DNA of 36,070 nt from a virus. Taxonomy: Duplodnaviria; Caudoviricetes. Position numbers and translations under genes: made by a program. Positions 7,886 through 17,432 of this stretch are shown one piece after another (position 1 is the stretch's first letter; the number at the start of each line of letters is the position of its first letter). The notes below the pieces were generated by a model. The model was not told the DNA's origin, did not search any database, and was given only the letters and a program-made list of their open reading frames with translations. The DNA lies in the IMG/VR virus record IMGVR_UViG_3300016472_000345, positions 1 to 36,070 of that record, one strand, 5' to 3'.

Positions 7886-9238
7886 TTAAACTTCCGTTGG
7901 TATAGTTGGATTACCAACTAAATTATTACTTTCAACTTTTAAATTAATATCTTCAATTCTTCTATTTATTTCTGGCAGTCTTGTTGTTGCTTCAAGCTCC
8001 AAAAAATCAGGATTATAAGTAATTCGTACAATTTGCATTAAATCTGATAATTCTGCACTACGGACATTATCCCACAGGTTTTGTTCCCACACAAAGTTGT
8101 CCCATAATGTTGGATTTGGTATTGCTCCTGTTAATTCACTAATTGATATATTTTCCCCCACCTTAATACTTTCTATGTCATAACCTATATCTGAATATGT
8201 TGAACCATTACTATCTGCAATTCTAACTATTGTTCTTCTTGTAGGATTTGCTTTTTCTTGTAATCTTCTTTGTATAATTTTTGTTGCCGTTTGTGTATTT
8301 GTAACCCCTGCGTCAAAAACTTTTTCTGCTTGTTTTCCATAATCATCAATAGATGTTGTATCTTTTGTAAATAAAAATAAATTACTTCCCCCTGTTTCAC
8401 CCCCTATAAAGTAAATTTCGTTTGCAAAATCATCAATATTTCTTTCGGGTTGTAAATATAGGACATCTTTTTTTGTACTTATTTGGTGATTAATAATAAT
8501 TGGTTTTTCTTGAAAATAAATCTTATTAGTGCTATCAATTCTATAAAACCACCCAAAAGGACTAAATTCAATTATCTTATCTAATGCTTCTTTATAAGTT
8601 ACAGTGTTAAATGTATATGTTACTTGTGTATTTGTTAATTGGATATTTGTTCCTGAATAACCTATTTCTCCTAAATCATTTTGAAACTTGTTTATTACAT
8701 CTTTTAGTATGTTGCTTGGGTCTTGGTTTGTGTATGTTATTGTTGTGTTGCCTGAATTATCTTTCATTATTCTGTTTAAAGTAGCTGTATATCCTTTTAC
8801 TCTGACATCTAAATATTGATTATCATCTTCAAGTGTTGGCATATAACCTGCAATAAATCCTGAAAATAATGTTTTTCCATTTGGTTCTTCTTTGTCGTAG
8901 ATAATACACTCAACCTTATTATTTAATTCTACATCTAAGTTTTCACCAAAATTATCAAAAGGTCTTGCAAGTCTTATAACCATTTCTGCGTCACCTGAAT
9001 TGATTGTTGATTGAAATGTGGGTTCACTTATTACATCATTTCGCCATATTGCGATTAAACCTTTTTCAAGTCCTGTACTCCACTTCCCAATATCCCACTT
9101 AAAACTATCCCACTCAAAAGTTGATTTAGCATAAACTTTGTAAATGTAATTTTTTTTGTAATAAGTTGTATCTGCTACTAAAAAACCTAAGTAATTATAA
9201 TTTTCTTGATTATATTTAAAATTTGCGTTGTAAATCAT
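7886..9238 (-). CDS. putative baseplate hub / Tal-like tail protein
   Basis: Size, position downstream of the Dit-like gene, LFSGFI, NEIYFIGG and SIDDYG motifs, and WDxxxW repeats. Confidence 0.65.
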   Translation of the reverse strand: MIYNANFKYNQENYNYLGFLVADTTYYKKNYIYKVYAKSTFEWDSFKWDIGKWSTGLEKGLIAIWRNDVISEPTFQSTINSGDAEMVIRLARPFDNFGENLDVELNNKVECIIYDKEEPNGKTLFSGFIAGYMPTLEDDNQYLDVRVKGYTATLNRIMKDNSGNTTITYTNQDPSNILKDVINKFQNDLGEIGYSGTNIQLTNTQVTYTFNTVTYKEALDKIIEFSPFGWFYRIDSTNKIYFQEKPIIINHQISTKKDVLYLQPERNIDDFANEIYFIGGETGGSNLFLFTKDTTSIDDYGKQAEKVFDAGVTNTQTATKIIQRRLQEKANPTRRTIVRIADSNGSTYSDIGYDIESIKVGENISISELTGAIPNPTLWDNFVWEQNLWDNVRSAELSDLMQIVRITYNPDFLELEATTRLPEINRRIEDINLKVESNNLVGNPTIPTEV

Positions 9239-9250
9239 TTTAATTAAATT

Positions 9251-10276
9251 TTATAACCCATAATTTCCACTAGCGTATACCGTTTTATTTCCTGAACCTG
9301 TCCAAGTAGCTGGAGCGTTAAAAGTTTTATAAAAAGTAATTGAAGTTTCCGTTTCTGTTATTGACCACCTTGACGCTACTGTTAATACAGAACCATTATC
9401 TTGTGCATATAACGATGAGCCACCAAAATAATTTGTACCTGTAAAAGAACCACAAGCCATAGGTACTTTGGCTGAAAAAGAAGTTGAATTACTTGTTCCT
9501 TCAACATAACAGACAAAATTTAATATTCTACTTGTAATTTGATAATTCATATCCGAAGCAGTTGTTGCTGATAAACCTGTCGGTGTTGCAACTGCGTTGA
9601 GCCACCTTGTTTCATAAATTGGTCTTTGAATTAAATTATTTGCATTAAAAGTAGGAACACTCCAAGTGTAACCTGCACCTGCACTTAATGTTGCACCAAA
9701 TCTTCCTATTACCGTTATTTTTGATGCACTTGTTGATTGTTTTGAACCTACAAACTCACTAAATAACTTTTCGCTTGTAGTTGAGTCAACAAAATCTGAT
9801 AACAAGTTTGCATAAGGTATTCTTGCAAAACCAATAAACATTGCTGATGAAGTAACACTATAACCAACATAAACAAAATAATCCACTTCTTTTGTTGCAA
9901 GTTCTGCTGAACCTGAATTAAAATAATTAGACCCTGCGTTTAGCGTACTTGATAAAGCTCCTGTTATTGTTCTTATCTCATCTCCAATTCTTATATATAT
10001 TGGGTCATTTGCTGACGGATCATTACCTGCTAGTGTCTTTAGTGCTACCGTTAAATTGCTACTTGCTACACTAGGTACTATTTTGTAATTGTTAATTGTT
10101 CTAATTTTATAATCTAAACTACTTGTATCTGTTGAATTATTTACTCCCACTTTTGTTTGTAATGCTTCAACACTATCGTTAATGTCGCTATGTTGTTGGC
10201 TATGTGATGGACTTGTTAAGTCACTTGTAGGTGTTGGGTTTATAAAAGTATCTAAACTTGTTGGATAATTAATCAT
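9251..10276 (-). CDS. putative tail fibre / receptor-binding protein
   Basis: NYPTSLD...H...NDSVEALQTKVG N-terminus and an S/T/A/G-rich beta region. Confidence 0.7.
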   Translation of the reverse strand: MINYPTSLDTFINPTPTSDLTSPSHSQQHSDINDSVEALQTKVGVNNSTDTSSLDYKIRTINNYKIVPSVASSNLTVALKTLAGNDPSANDPIYIRIGDEIRTITGALSSTLNAGSNYFNSGSAELATKEVDYFVYVGYSVTSSAMFIGFARIPYANLLSDFVDSTTSEKLFSEFVGSKQSTSASKITVIGRFGATLSAGAGYTWSVPTFNANNLIQRPIYETRWLNAVATPTGLSATTASDMNYQITSRILNFVCYVEGTSNSTSFSAKVPMACGSFTGTNYFGGSSLYAQDNGSVLTVASRWSITETETSITFYKTFNAPATWTGSGNKTVYASGNYGL

Positions 10277-11028
10277 TAATGATAAAATCGTGGGGTATAA
10301 GTAATATCACCATTTATTTTAAAGTCTGTCTTGCCTTCTAATTCAATAGTAAGATTATTTACTCCACTATCCCATTTTGAAAATTGACCCGTATAATCTG
10401 ACAAAATTCCTGAATTATTTACGGTTGCATTTTCATAATTTAATACGGTTTCTGTTCCTGATAAAAAAGAACCACTAATAGTTACATTACTTCCTTTTTC
10501 TAGGTGATACAAACTAATTCTACTAATTGTGTTAATTCCACTATATGATAGTGTGATTTGAGGTTCAATGTTTGCACTTCCTGATATTGTTGTTGTTATT
10601 AAGGTTGATTGTATTCCACTTCCTATTACAAATCCTGCTGTTAATGTTGAGCCATAACTATACGGACTACTGCTAAAAAATTCTAATTCAAAGGGTTGTG
10701 CTGATTGTGTGTATCTAAGTTCAGGAAAATCGGCTTTAGAACAGGTCGCATAATAAACCCTGCCTGTATCAATTGTGAGTTGTTGTTCGGGTATTGATAA
10801 TTCTTTCTGCATTACATCTTTAATTCCCTGCAATCCTGAAGCACTTGGGCTTATTATTATTCCTTTAATACTTATTGTTTTTGTCCCAAACTCATCATTA
10901 ATAAACTTGTTACCACTTCTTCTACTTATAGGGTATGAATTAATAATTCTATCTGCCATTTGGCTGTGTTGTACACTTTCAGTAATGATGTTGTCTGTTT
11001 GTAAGTTTAAATTTCCGTACTTAATCAT
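10276..11028 (-). CDS. distal tail (Dit-like) protein
   Basis: Directly after the tape measure gene; F...PYSYG, P.ITL, G.N.L and terminal YTPRFY pattern. Confidence 0.75.
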   Translation of the reverse strand: MIKYGNLNLQTDNIITESVQHSQMADRIINSYPISRRSGNKFINDEFGTKTISIKGIIISPSASGLQGIKDVMQKELSIPEQQLTIDTGRVYYATCSKADFPELRYTQSAQPFELEFFSSSPYSYGSTLTAGFVIGSGIQSTLITTTISGSANIEPQITLSYSGINTISRISLYHLEKGSNVTISGSFLSGTETVLNYENATVNNSGILSDYTGQFSKWDSGVNNLTIELEGKTDFKINGDITYTPRFYH

Positions 11029-12908
11029 AGTAGCCCCTGTCTATACAATAAATTTTCCCTATTAAATAAATTCTTAACTTCGTTAGAAATTTTGTTTATA
11101 TCGTTGTCATTTCTAACACTCATATTTCCATTAAAATTAATCAATACATTACTATTATTTGTGTTGTACTGGCTACTTTGTTTATTTAAGGGTGTTAAAG
11201 GTTGGGGGTTTGAGTAGAAATCTTTAATTGATTGACTTTGAATTGCCTTATCAAATGCTTCTTTTGGATTTAAGTTTTTTATTGAAACGGATTTTCCTCC
11301 TGAAAAGGCATTTGATATTATTTCTTTAATTTTTTCAGCCCAACCCAATGCGTAATCTATTATTGCAGTAAACCAACTAATCACTCCCTCAAATAATGAC
11401 TTCATAATATTTATGATAAAATCTGCAACATTTCCAAATGTATCTTTAATTAAATTAAAACCCACATCAACTATTTGTCTTGCTCCCTCCATCGCAAGTC
11501 CCCAATCTCCTGTAAATATTCCAAAAAATACTTTCATAACCCCTTCTATTATTCCAAGTATTGCTGTTATAGTATCTTTAATTTGATTAAAAACAAATTC
11601 AATTGTAGTGTAAATTATTCTAACTGCTGTAATTACAATTTGTTTAATTGTTTCCCAAATTATTTGAATTGCAAATTTTAATGTTTCTAAAATAAAAATT
11701 ATTGCTGTCTTGTTTTCTTCAAAAAATGTTTTTACTTTATTTAAAACTTCAAATGTAATATCTCTTATTCCGTATAAGTTTTGTTCCCATATTGTTTTAA
11801 CAAATGCTATTGTTGTTGCTATTGTAAGTAAAATTAAATTAAACGGATTAAGTAGTCCTGTTATTGTTCCTACTATTGTTAATAATGTAAATGCAACTGC
11901 TAAACCTATTAGAAAATTTTTAACTAATTCCCCATTTTGTTTTACCCAATCGCTAAACTTTTTAAAATTCGTATTTACTTTTTCAACAAATTCAATTAAT
12001 TTTGGATTATCTTTTAATCCTTTAAAAAAGTTAACAAATGCGTCTTTATTTTCTGTTAGATATTTTGAAAGTTCAATTAATTTATTATTAATAAAACCAA
12101 ATACCCCTGTTCCCTCAACTATATCTGCGAGTAAAACATTTGCAATATCTTTTAAATTACTGATAACTAAATTAAATGAATTACCCTGTTTTTGTAATGC
12201 GTTTTCAAATAATCCCCCTTCTTCTTGTGCTACTTTTAGTGCATAAACAATATCTTCATAACTATTTGTTAATGTTCTACCTGCTTTCTTACCTGCTTCT
12301 TCCATTAACTTATATATGTTAATACCTGCAAAACCAAATTGTCTAATATCCATTGCAGACGCTTCACCTACATTTTTTATTTGTTGTAAGTTTCCTATCA
12401 TACGAGAAAATTCTGCTTGTCCCCCACCTGTTGCTACAATCGCATTTCCTAGTGCTAAAACTGCTTCTCTACTTGCGTCTGTTGATAAACCTGTACTTAT
12501 TAACATTTGATTTGCTCTTGCTATTTCTCTTAAGTCAAAGGGTGTTTTCATTGCGTCTATTTTAATTTGTTTCATTGCTTTGTCTGCTTCTTCTGCACTA
12601 CCTGTTAATGTTTCTAATCCCAATCTAATTTGTTGTAAATCACCTGCCATCATTACACCTTTTGTTCCTAATCCTACTATTGCTGTTGTTAGACCTGCAA
12701 TACCTATTTGAGCTAATGTACTTGCTTTTCTTGACGCCTCCATAAATGAGTCGCCTACATTTGCAATAGTACCTTTAAGCGTACTACTTACTTTGTTTAA
12801 TGATAAAATTTTATTTTCTACTTGATTAACACTTTTTCCAAAGCTATTTATTTCTGCACTTGCTCTATCTTCTGCTGATATTACTATTTTTAATTCTTTG
12901 TTCATCAA
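11025..12908 (-). CDS. tail tape measure protein
   Basis: LETLTGSAEEA..A.KTPF tape-measure domain, periodic W/F amphipathic repeats, and position after the chaperones. Confidence 0.9.
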   Translation of the reverse strand: MMNKELKIVISAEDRASAEINSFGKSVNQVENKILSLNKVSSTLKGTIANVGDSFMEASRKASTLAQIGIAGLTTAIVGLGTKGVMMAGDLQQIRLGLETLTGSAEEADKAMKQIKIDAMKTPFDLREIARANQMLISTGLSTDASREAVLALGNAIVATGGGQAEFSRMIGNLQQIKNVGEASAMDIRQFGFAGINIYKLMEEAGKKAGRTLTNSYEDIVYALKVAQEEGGLFENALQKQGNSFNLVISNLKDIANVLLADIVEGTGVFGFINNKLIELSKYLTENKDAFVNFFKGLKDNPKLIEFVEKVNTNFKKFSDWVKQNGELVKNFLIGLAVAFTLLTIVGTITGLLNPFNLILLTIATTIAFVKTIWEQNLYGIRDITFEVLNKVKTFFEENKTAIIFILETLKFAIQIIWETIKQIVITAVRIIYTTIEFVFNQIKDTITAILGIIEGVMKVFFGIFTGDWGLAMEGARQIVDVGFNLIKDTFGNVADFIINIMKSLFEGVISWFTAIIDYALGWAEKIKEIISNAFSGGKSVSIKNLNPKEAFDKAIQSQSIKDFYSNPQPLTPLNKQSSQYNTNNSNVLINFNGNMSVRNDNDINKISNEVKNLFNRENLLYRQGLL

Positions 12909-13083
12909 GTTTATTTTCTAAATTTTTCATCAAAAGCCAACTATCAACTAATTTTGTGGGTAAATTATCGTATTCAAATGGACTAACTCTAAATAACTCA
13001 CAAAATTTCATTTTTCTGTATTCGCTATTTTTTATACTCCCATTTTTTGAAGTTAAAAAAGCAATCAATTCCTTAGTTAAGAT
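12865..13083 (-). CDS. tail assembly chaperone -1 frameshift extension (gpGT-like)
   Basis: The -1 frame is open from the A9 run (ILTKELIAFLTSK...) to the TAG at 12865 and has no ATG near its 5' end. Confidence 0.75.
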   Translation of the reverse strand: MLTKELIAFLTSKNGSIKNSEYRKMKFCELFRVSPFEYDNLPTKLVDSWLLMKNLENKLDEQRIKNSNISRR

Positions 13084-13397
13084 TTTTTTTTATCTTCATT
13101 GGGTTTAATAATTTCACTTGCTTCTTCAATAATCCATTTAACCAAGTTTGCACCCAATAAATTAACACTATCTTCTGTTATAGGTAATTTATTACCTTGT
13201 TCATCTCCAAAGTTCCAATCACAAACAATATGCGTAATAAAAACTACACTTCTTTTATAATCGCTTATACTTTCATCTTGTAAAACTTCTGCTACCCCCA
13301 TTGGTATGTCCTTATAAAAAGTAACTACCAATTCATTATCTTGGGGGTATGTTTTTTCTATCGTATTAATTACTGATTTAATAGGTTTTATGTTCAT
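13077..13397 (-). CDS. tail assembly chaperone (gpG-like)
   Basis: DWNF.DEQG.KLPIT motif; lies between tail tube and tape measure genes; ends KKKS over a slippery run. Confidence 0.85.
   Translation of the reverse strand: MNIKPIKSVINTIEKTYPQDNELVVTFYKDIPMGVAEVLQDESISDYKRSVVFITHIVCDWNFGDEQGNKLPITEDSVNLLGANLVKWIIEEASEIIKPNEDKKKS
13083..13091 (-). other. programmed -1 frameshift slippery site (A9)
   Basis: GAT AAA AAA AAA TCT TAA at the end of the chaperone gene. Confidence 0.75.
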
Positions 13398-13406
13398 AAT
13401 ATAAGT

Positions 13407-13423
13407 GGGGGTCTTTCACCCCC
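13407..13423 (-). terminator. GC-rich hairpin after the tail tube gene
   Basis: GGGGGT-GAAAG-ACCCCC with a weak T tract. Confidence 0.45.
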
Positions 13424-13430
13424 TCTGTTA

Positions 13431-14405
13431 TTAGTACAAAGTGGTTTTACCATTTTGTAAATTAACTACAACTATTTGTCCGTTTGTGTCATTAATTGCT
13501 CTATATGTACCTGTTATTGCAAATAATGTATCTTGACCTGTTTCTATACTCTTATCCTCTAAAACAATTCTATCAAATGCAATTTCTAGTTTTTCAATTC
13601 CTGTTCCTATGTTTGCACCTTCTAAACTTAATACCATTGCATTTTTGCTATTATTATTATAATAATCCAAATGAGTATCATTTTCAAAGAATAATGTATA
13701 TTCCCCTGTTACTTCACAATCACCCATTAATATCTCGTCAACTGAATTACTACCCGACCTATAAATCATTTGTAAATTATTTGCTATTGACATTGTAAAG
13801 TTTGTTATTTTTGTTGGTGTTGAATTTCTTGCATTTGCAACCGTATCGCCAAACCTTAAACTACCATTAGCCCAAGTTAGTAATGTACCACTTGTTGTTG
13901 TTAAGGTGGGTGCTGAACTTGATGTACTTTCTGAACCCATAAAACTTGCTGTCATTGTTGCTAAATCTTCATTAGTTATTTCTAATTCTAAAGTATCAAT
14001 TGTTAATTTTGAAGTTTGTTGAATTGTAGGTCCTGTTCCTCTATATAACCAAGCTGTTGCAGTTTTTGGATTGTTTCCTGAAGCTGTTACAAAAAATTGG
14101 TGATTATCTATTCCAGATGATACATTTGTTTTAACTTCATTTCCTAGTGCGAGTTTAAATAGGTATCCTGAATTAATTGCGTCTAAATACATTGAAACAT
14201 CACCTTCTGTCCATTTTCTACCTGCTACACTATCACGATTTGCAATTCTTGAAGCTCTTGAACTTATATCCATTAACTTTTCGTGTTTTTTTTCTAAGTT
14301 TTGTTCTGTAAAAGGTAAAAATACACTAGGACTTGCTTCTGGTGTTCCTGCAACACTTTCAATCGCTAAACCTAAATAACCTTGCCTTCCTGTAAATATT
14401 GTCAT
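13431..14405 (-). CDS. major tail tube protein
   Basis: G..GYLGLA.E..AGT N-terminus, GAGGTGA RBS, and position before the chaperones. Confidence 0.85.
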   Translation of the reverse strand: MTIFTGRQGYLGLAIESVAGTPEASPSVFLPFTEQNLEKKHEKLMDISSRASRIANRDSVAGRKWTEGDVSMYLDAINSGYLFKLALGNEVKTNVSSGIDNHQFFVTASGNNPKTATAWLYRGTGPTIQQTSKLTIDTLELEITNEDLATMTASFMGSESTSSSAPTLTTTSGTLLTWANGSLRFGDTVANARNSTPTKITNFTMSIANNLQMIYRSGSNSVDEILMGDCEVTGEYTLFFENDTHLDYYNNNSKNAMVLSLEGANIGTGIEKLEIAFDRIVLEDKSIETGQDTLFAITGTYRAINDTNGQIVVVNLQNGKTTLY

Positions 14406-14449
14406 TTTAATATCACCTCTTTCATTTTTTTAAAATTTAATAAATATTT

Positions 14450-14884
14450 TTAACTCGCATTTACTATATCTTTACAATTAAGTAAAACATCTGCACTTAT
14501 AATTGTATTACCCATATTTAAAGTATTAAAACTTCCACTTATAACTTGAACTTGTAATACCTCGCCCCCTAATGTTGTGTAATTATCAAATGTGTTAATT
14601 ATTTCATCAATTGTTTCTTCTATTACTCTTTGGGCTTTTTCTGCTCCAAAACCATCTTCATCTCTTTCAACATATACTCTAATTATAAAGTTAAAGTTTC
14701 TAATATTTCTTTTACTAATTGCACTAAAATCTCCAAAACTTCCATCAAAACTTTCAGGTATGACAATTGCGTAAGGGTAGCCCTCTGTGTACGCTTTATC
14801 AAATCCATAAACATTTCTAATATGCGTTATTTGAGCTACTTTATTTTTTATTACATTTTTTATTGTTTCAATTCTGTTACTCAT
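14450..14884 (-). CDS. putative tail terminator / completion protein
   Basis: YPYAIV.P and TLGG.V motifs; synteny. Confidence 0.65.
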   Translation of the reverse strand: MSNRIETIKNVIKNKVAQITHIRNVYGFDKAYTEGYPYAIVIPESFDGSFGDFSAISKRNIRNFNFIIRVYVERDEDGFGAEKAQRVIEETIDEIINTFDNYTTLGGEVLQVQVISGSFNTLNMGNTIISADVLLNCKDIVNAS

Positions 14885-14885
14885 A

Positions 14886-15347
14886 TTAACTAATCATAAT
14901 CCTTATTAATTGGTCTGCTAATTCATTAAAATTTTTTTCTATATTAATAATATTACTCTCGTATGCAGGTTTAAAAAAAGGTTGTGCATCTGTTCCCTTT
15001 TTACCTATTTTCTTTTGAACTGCGTATGCAAGAGATGAACTTCCTAATTTTAATCTCGCCCACCTTTCTAAAGGGGCTATTGGTGGGTAATGGGGTTTTG
15101 TTCCTTCTTCAACAAATACTGCGTAGGGTTTTTCTGCCCATATCTTGGCAGTTAATCCCTCAACATAATGATTGATTGATTGTTTTAAATCTCCAAATGC
15201 AACAGGTGAATTATCTTTTGCGTCATATTTAATTTTTGTTGCCGACTTATTTAACGCACTTCTTGTTAATGGGTATACGGCTTGACTTGCTTTTCCTGAT
15301 TGTTCTATTAATTTTGATAATTCTTTCATTTCTATTTTTATTTTCAT
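14886..15347 (-). CDS. HK97 gp10-like neck protein
   Basis: PV..G.LKQSI, YAVFVEEGT and AQPFFKPA motifs. Confidence 0.85.
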   Translation of the reverse strand: MKIKIEMKELSKLIEQSGKASQAVYPLTRSALNKSATKIKYDAKDNSPVAFGDLKQSINHYVEGLTAKIWAEKPYAVFVEEGTKPHYPPIAPLERWARLKLGSSSLAYAVQKKIGKKGTDAQPFFKPAYESNIINIEKNFNELADQLIRIMIS

Positions 15348-15679
15348 TTTAGTAAAGCGTTTAAATTAATTTGATAGTAATTTAGCACTCCCTTACTCCA
15401 ATCGCTTACCCCCTCAACTATTAATTGTCTGTTTAATTCTCCGTCATAATATCCGGATACCGTTACCCTTTGTCCTTCTCTTATTCCTGAATATGTTGCA
15501 GATACAAACATTGTGTGAGATTTACCAAACATACCTGTTGCTATTTCAGCAGGATTACTACTAACAGGTTGTATATTACATGGCACACCTATTAAATCAT
15601 CTACAAAACTTTCTTTGTCATTATCATTGTCTAAATTTAACCTCTTAAAATCTGCGTAATGTGTAATTATAGGAACCAT
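15344..15679 (-). CDS. putative head closure (stopper) protein
   Basis: PCNIQP motif, 111 aa, synteny. Confidence 0.65.
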   Translation of the reverse strand: MVPIITHYADFKRLNLDNDNDKESFVDDLIGVPCNIQPVSSNPAEIATGMFGKSHTMFVSATYSGIREGQRVTVSGYYDGELNRQLIVEGVSDWSKGVLNYYQINLNALLK

Positions 15680-16306
15680 TTAAAATCCTCCTACTTTTTT
15701 ATACCCTTTTAATAATCTTTCTGCGTCTTTTACCAAATCACTTCTTCCATTTCCATAAGTAATTGAAATTCCCCCCTGATTGATACTTGTTGCTCCTGAT
15801 AGATTACTTCTTCTTGCTATACTATCAAGTGTGAATAATGCTGTTGCTTCTTTTATTATGTTTGGAATTGTGCTGTAACCTGCTGTGTATGTAATTTTGG
15901 AATAAAAATCTACATTTCTCAAAGTACTAAAATCTAATAAATCTACTGAATTAAGAGTAATATCATCAACGGGTAAGATTATTCTGTCTTTTGTTGTTGG
16001 TATTGTATAACTAAAACTTCCATTACTATCTGTTAAAGTCAATTCTACCTCTGCGTCACCTTTAACTATTTTAAGACTTGTTAGAGTTTGAATTGGTTTT
16101 TTTCTTGGAAAGACTACTAAACTATTATCTGCGTCAATGTATGCTTTGCTTATTTCATCTGTGATTGTTTCTAAATTAAATGATTGTTCGCAATAATCAT
16201 CAACTTTATCTGTTGCTTTTTCTATTAACGATGTTAATGCTTCATTAGTATAAGCACTATAGTCTTGTGGATATTCACTTTTAAGTTCGTTTATTGTTAT
16301 ATACAT
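15680..16306 (-). CDS. head-tail adaptor (gp6/gp15-like)
   Basis: YITINELK, A...VDDYC, ITYTAGY..IP..IKEA and terminal LLKGYK motifs. Confidence 0.8.
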   Translation of the reverse strand: MYITINELKSEYPQDYSAYTNEALTSLIEKATDKVDDYCEQSFNLETITDEISKAYIDADNSLVVFPRKKPIQTLTSLKIVKGDAEVELTLTDSNGSFSYTIPTTKDRIILPVDDITLNSVDLLDFSTLRNVDFYSKITYTAGYSTIPNIIKEATALFTLDSIARRSNLSGATSINQGGISITYGNGRSDLVKDAERLLKGYKKVGGF

Positions 16307-16309
16307 ATT

Positions 16310-16368
16310 TTCTTGCTTTCAAGTTGTGAGGACTTAATCAACTTGAATAAAAAAGTCCTCAACAAGAA
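16310..16368 (-). promoter_or_regulatory. interleaved inverted repeats (alternative hairpins or pseudoknot) filling the capsid-adaptor spacer
   Basis: TGAGGACTT/AAGTCCTCA and TTCAAGTTG/CAACTTGAA are interleaved and enclosed by TTCTTG/CAAGAA. Confidence 0.6.
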
Positions 16369-17412
16369 TTATATTGCTAATCCTGCAATCTCAAATTGAT
16401 ATGGTTCTCCAATTACTCTTAGTACGGTTGCCTCAAATACAAAACTTATCATAGATAAATTTGAACTTGGAACATCTACTCTACTCATAGGAATTAAATC
16501 TTGCATATCAATATAAACTTCACCTGCTGGACTTCTGTCAGTTAATAAAAAGGCATTACCTCCAACATATCTTGAAGTCATTACATCAATTAATGTTCCG
16601 TCTATTGGGTTTACAATTTTAGCAAGTCTCATGCCCCCAATACCATTACCTTGATTATCTACCATTATTCTTTGGATTGAACCACTACCTTGTAATTCGT
16701 CTGCTAATGCTCTTGTTTGTCTAGCATTTGCAACTAACATTGTAGGACTTGAACCCTTCCTGAATAAGGTTTCGCAATAAACTCCAATTCCACTAGCTGT
16801 TAATAAACTTGCTGTTCCTGAATTGGTTGTAATTTGTCTGCCTAAACCATCAAATTCTAATGAATTGGTGGCTGTACTTCCTGAGATTATCATTGCTTCT
16901 TCGCCTAACATTACTTCCATCATCTTTATTCTTTGTCTGTGGGCAAACATATCAGTTTCGGGTGTTATACCACCTTTTGAAGCTACATTTGCTAACATAC
17001 CAACTTCAATTTTTCTACCCAACAATTTGTAGGGGGCTGAAGTTACTACATAAGTTTGAGATGTTTCGGCTGGTGCACCTGCGTCTGCAAAAGCGACTGA
17101 AGTGTTTGTTCCTATGGTATAACCATCTGAACCAACTTGTAATTGACTTGTAAGTCTTTTCCAAGCACTTGCTTCTCCGTAACCTCTACTTCTTGATAAT
17201 CTGTTTCTAATAGGAGTATCAGTAGGAACCATTAACTTAACATCTGCTTCTAAGTTTTCAGGACTAAAAATGCTTCTTGTATCAGGACTAAAAGTATACG
17301 TACTTTTTAATTCTGCACTTTTTGCAATTTCTGCCTTAAACTGATTAATAAAAGCACTATCAGTTAATATTCCTTTTTTAATATCGTTTATGTTCATTTT
17401 CTTATTCACCAC
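16369..17412 (-). CDS. major capsid protein
   Basis: 347 aa after the protease/scaffold gene; GAGAGGTGG RBS; TPIRNRL, EE.MIISG and EFDGL motifs typical of HK97-fold capsids. Confidence 0.85.
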   Translation of the reverse strand: MVNKKMNINDIKKGILTDSAFINQFKAEIAKSAELKSTYTFSPDTRSIFSPENLEADVKLMVPTDTPIRNRLSRSRGYGEASAWKRLTSQLQVGSDGYTIGTNTSVAFADAGAPAETSQTYVVTSAPYKLLGRKIEVGMLANVASKGGITPETDMFAHRQRIKMMEVMLGEEAMIISGSTATNSLEFDGLGRQITTNSGTASLLTASGIGVYCETLFRKGSSPTMLVANARQTRALADELQGSGSIQRIMVDNQGNGIGGMRLAKIVNPIDGTLIDVMTSRYVGGNAFLLTDRSPAGEVYIDMQDLIPMSRVDVPSSNLSMISFVFEATVLRVIGEPYQFEIAGLAI

Positions 17413-17432
17413 CTCTCAAATGGTTTTTTAAT

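Noticed and set aside
6778-10276. Diversity-generating retroelement or invertible tail-fibre switch
   Set aside because: I saw no reverse transcriptase, recombinase or template/variable repeat pair.
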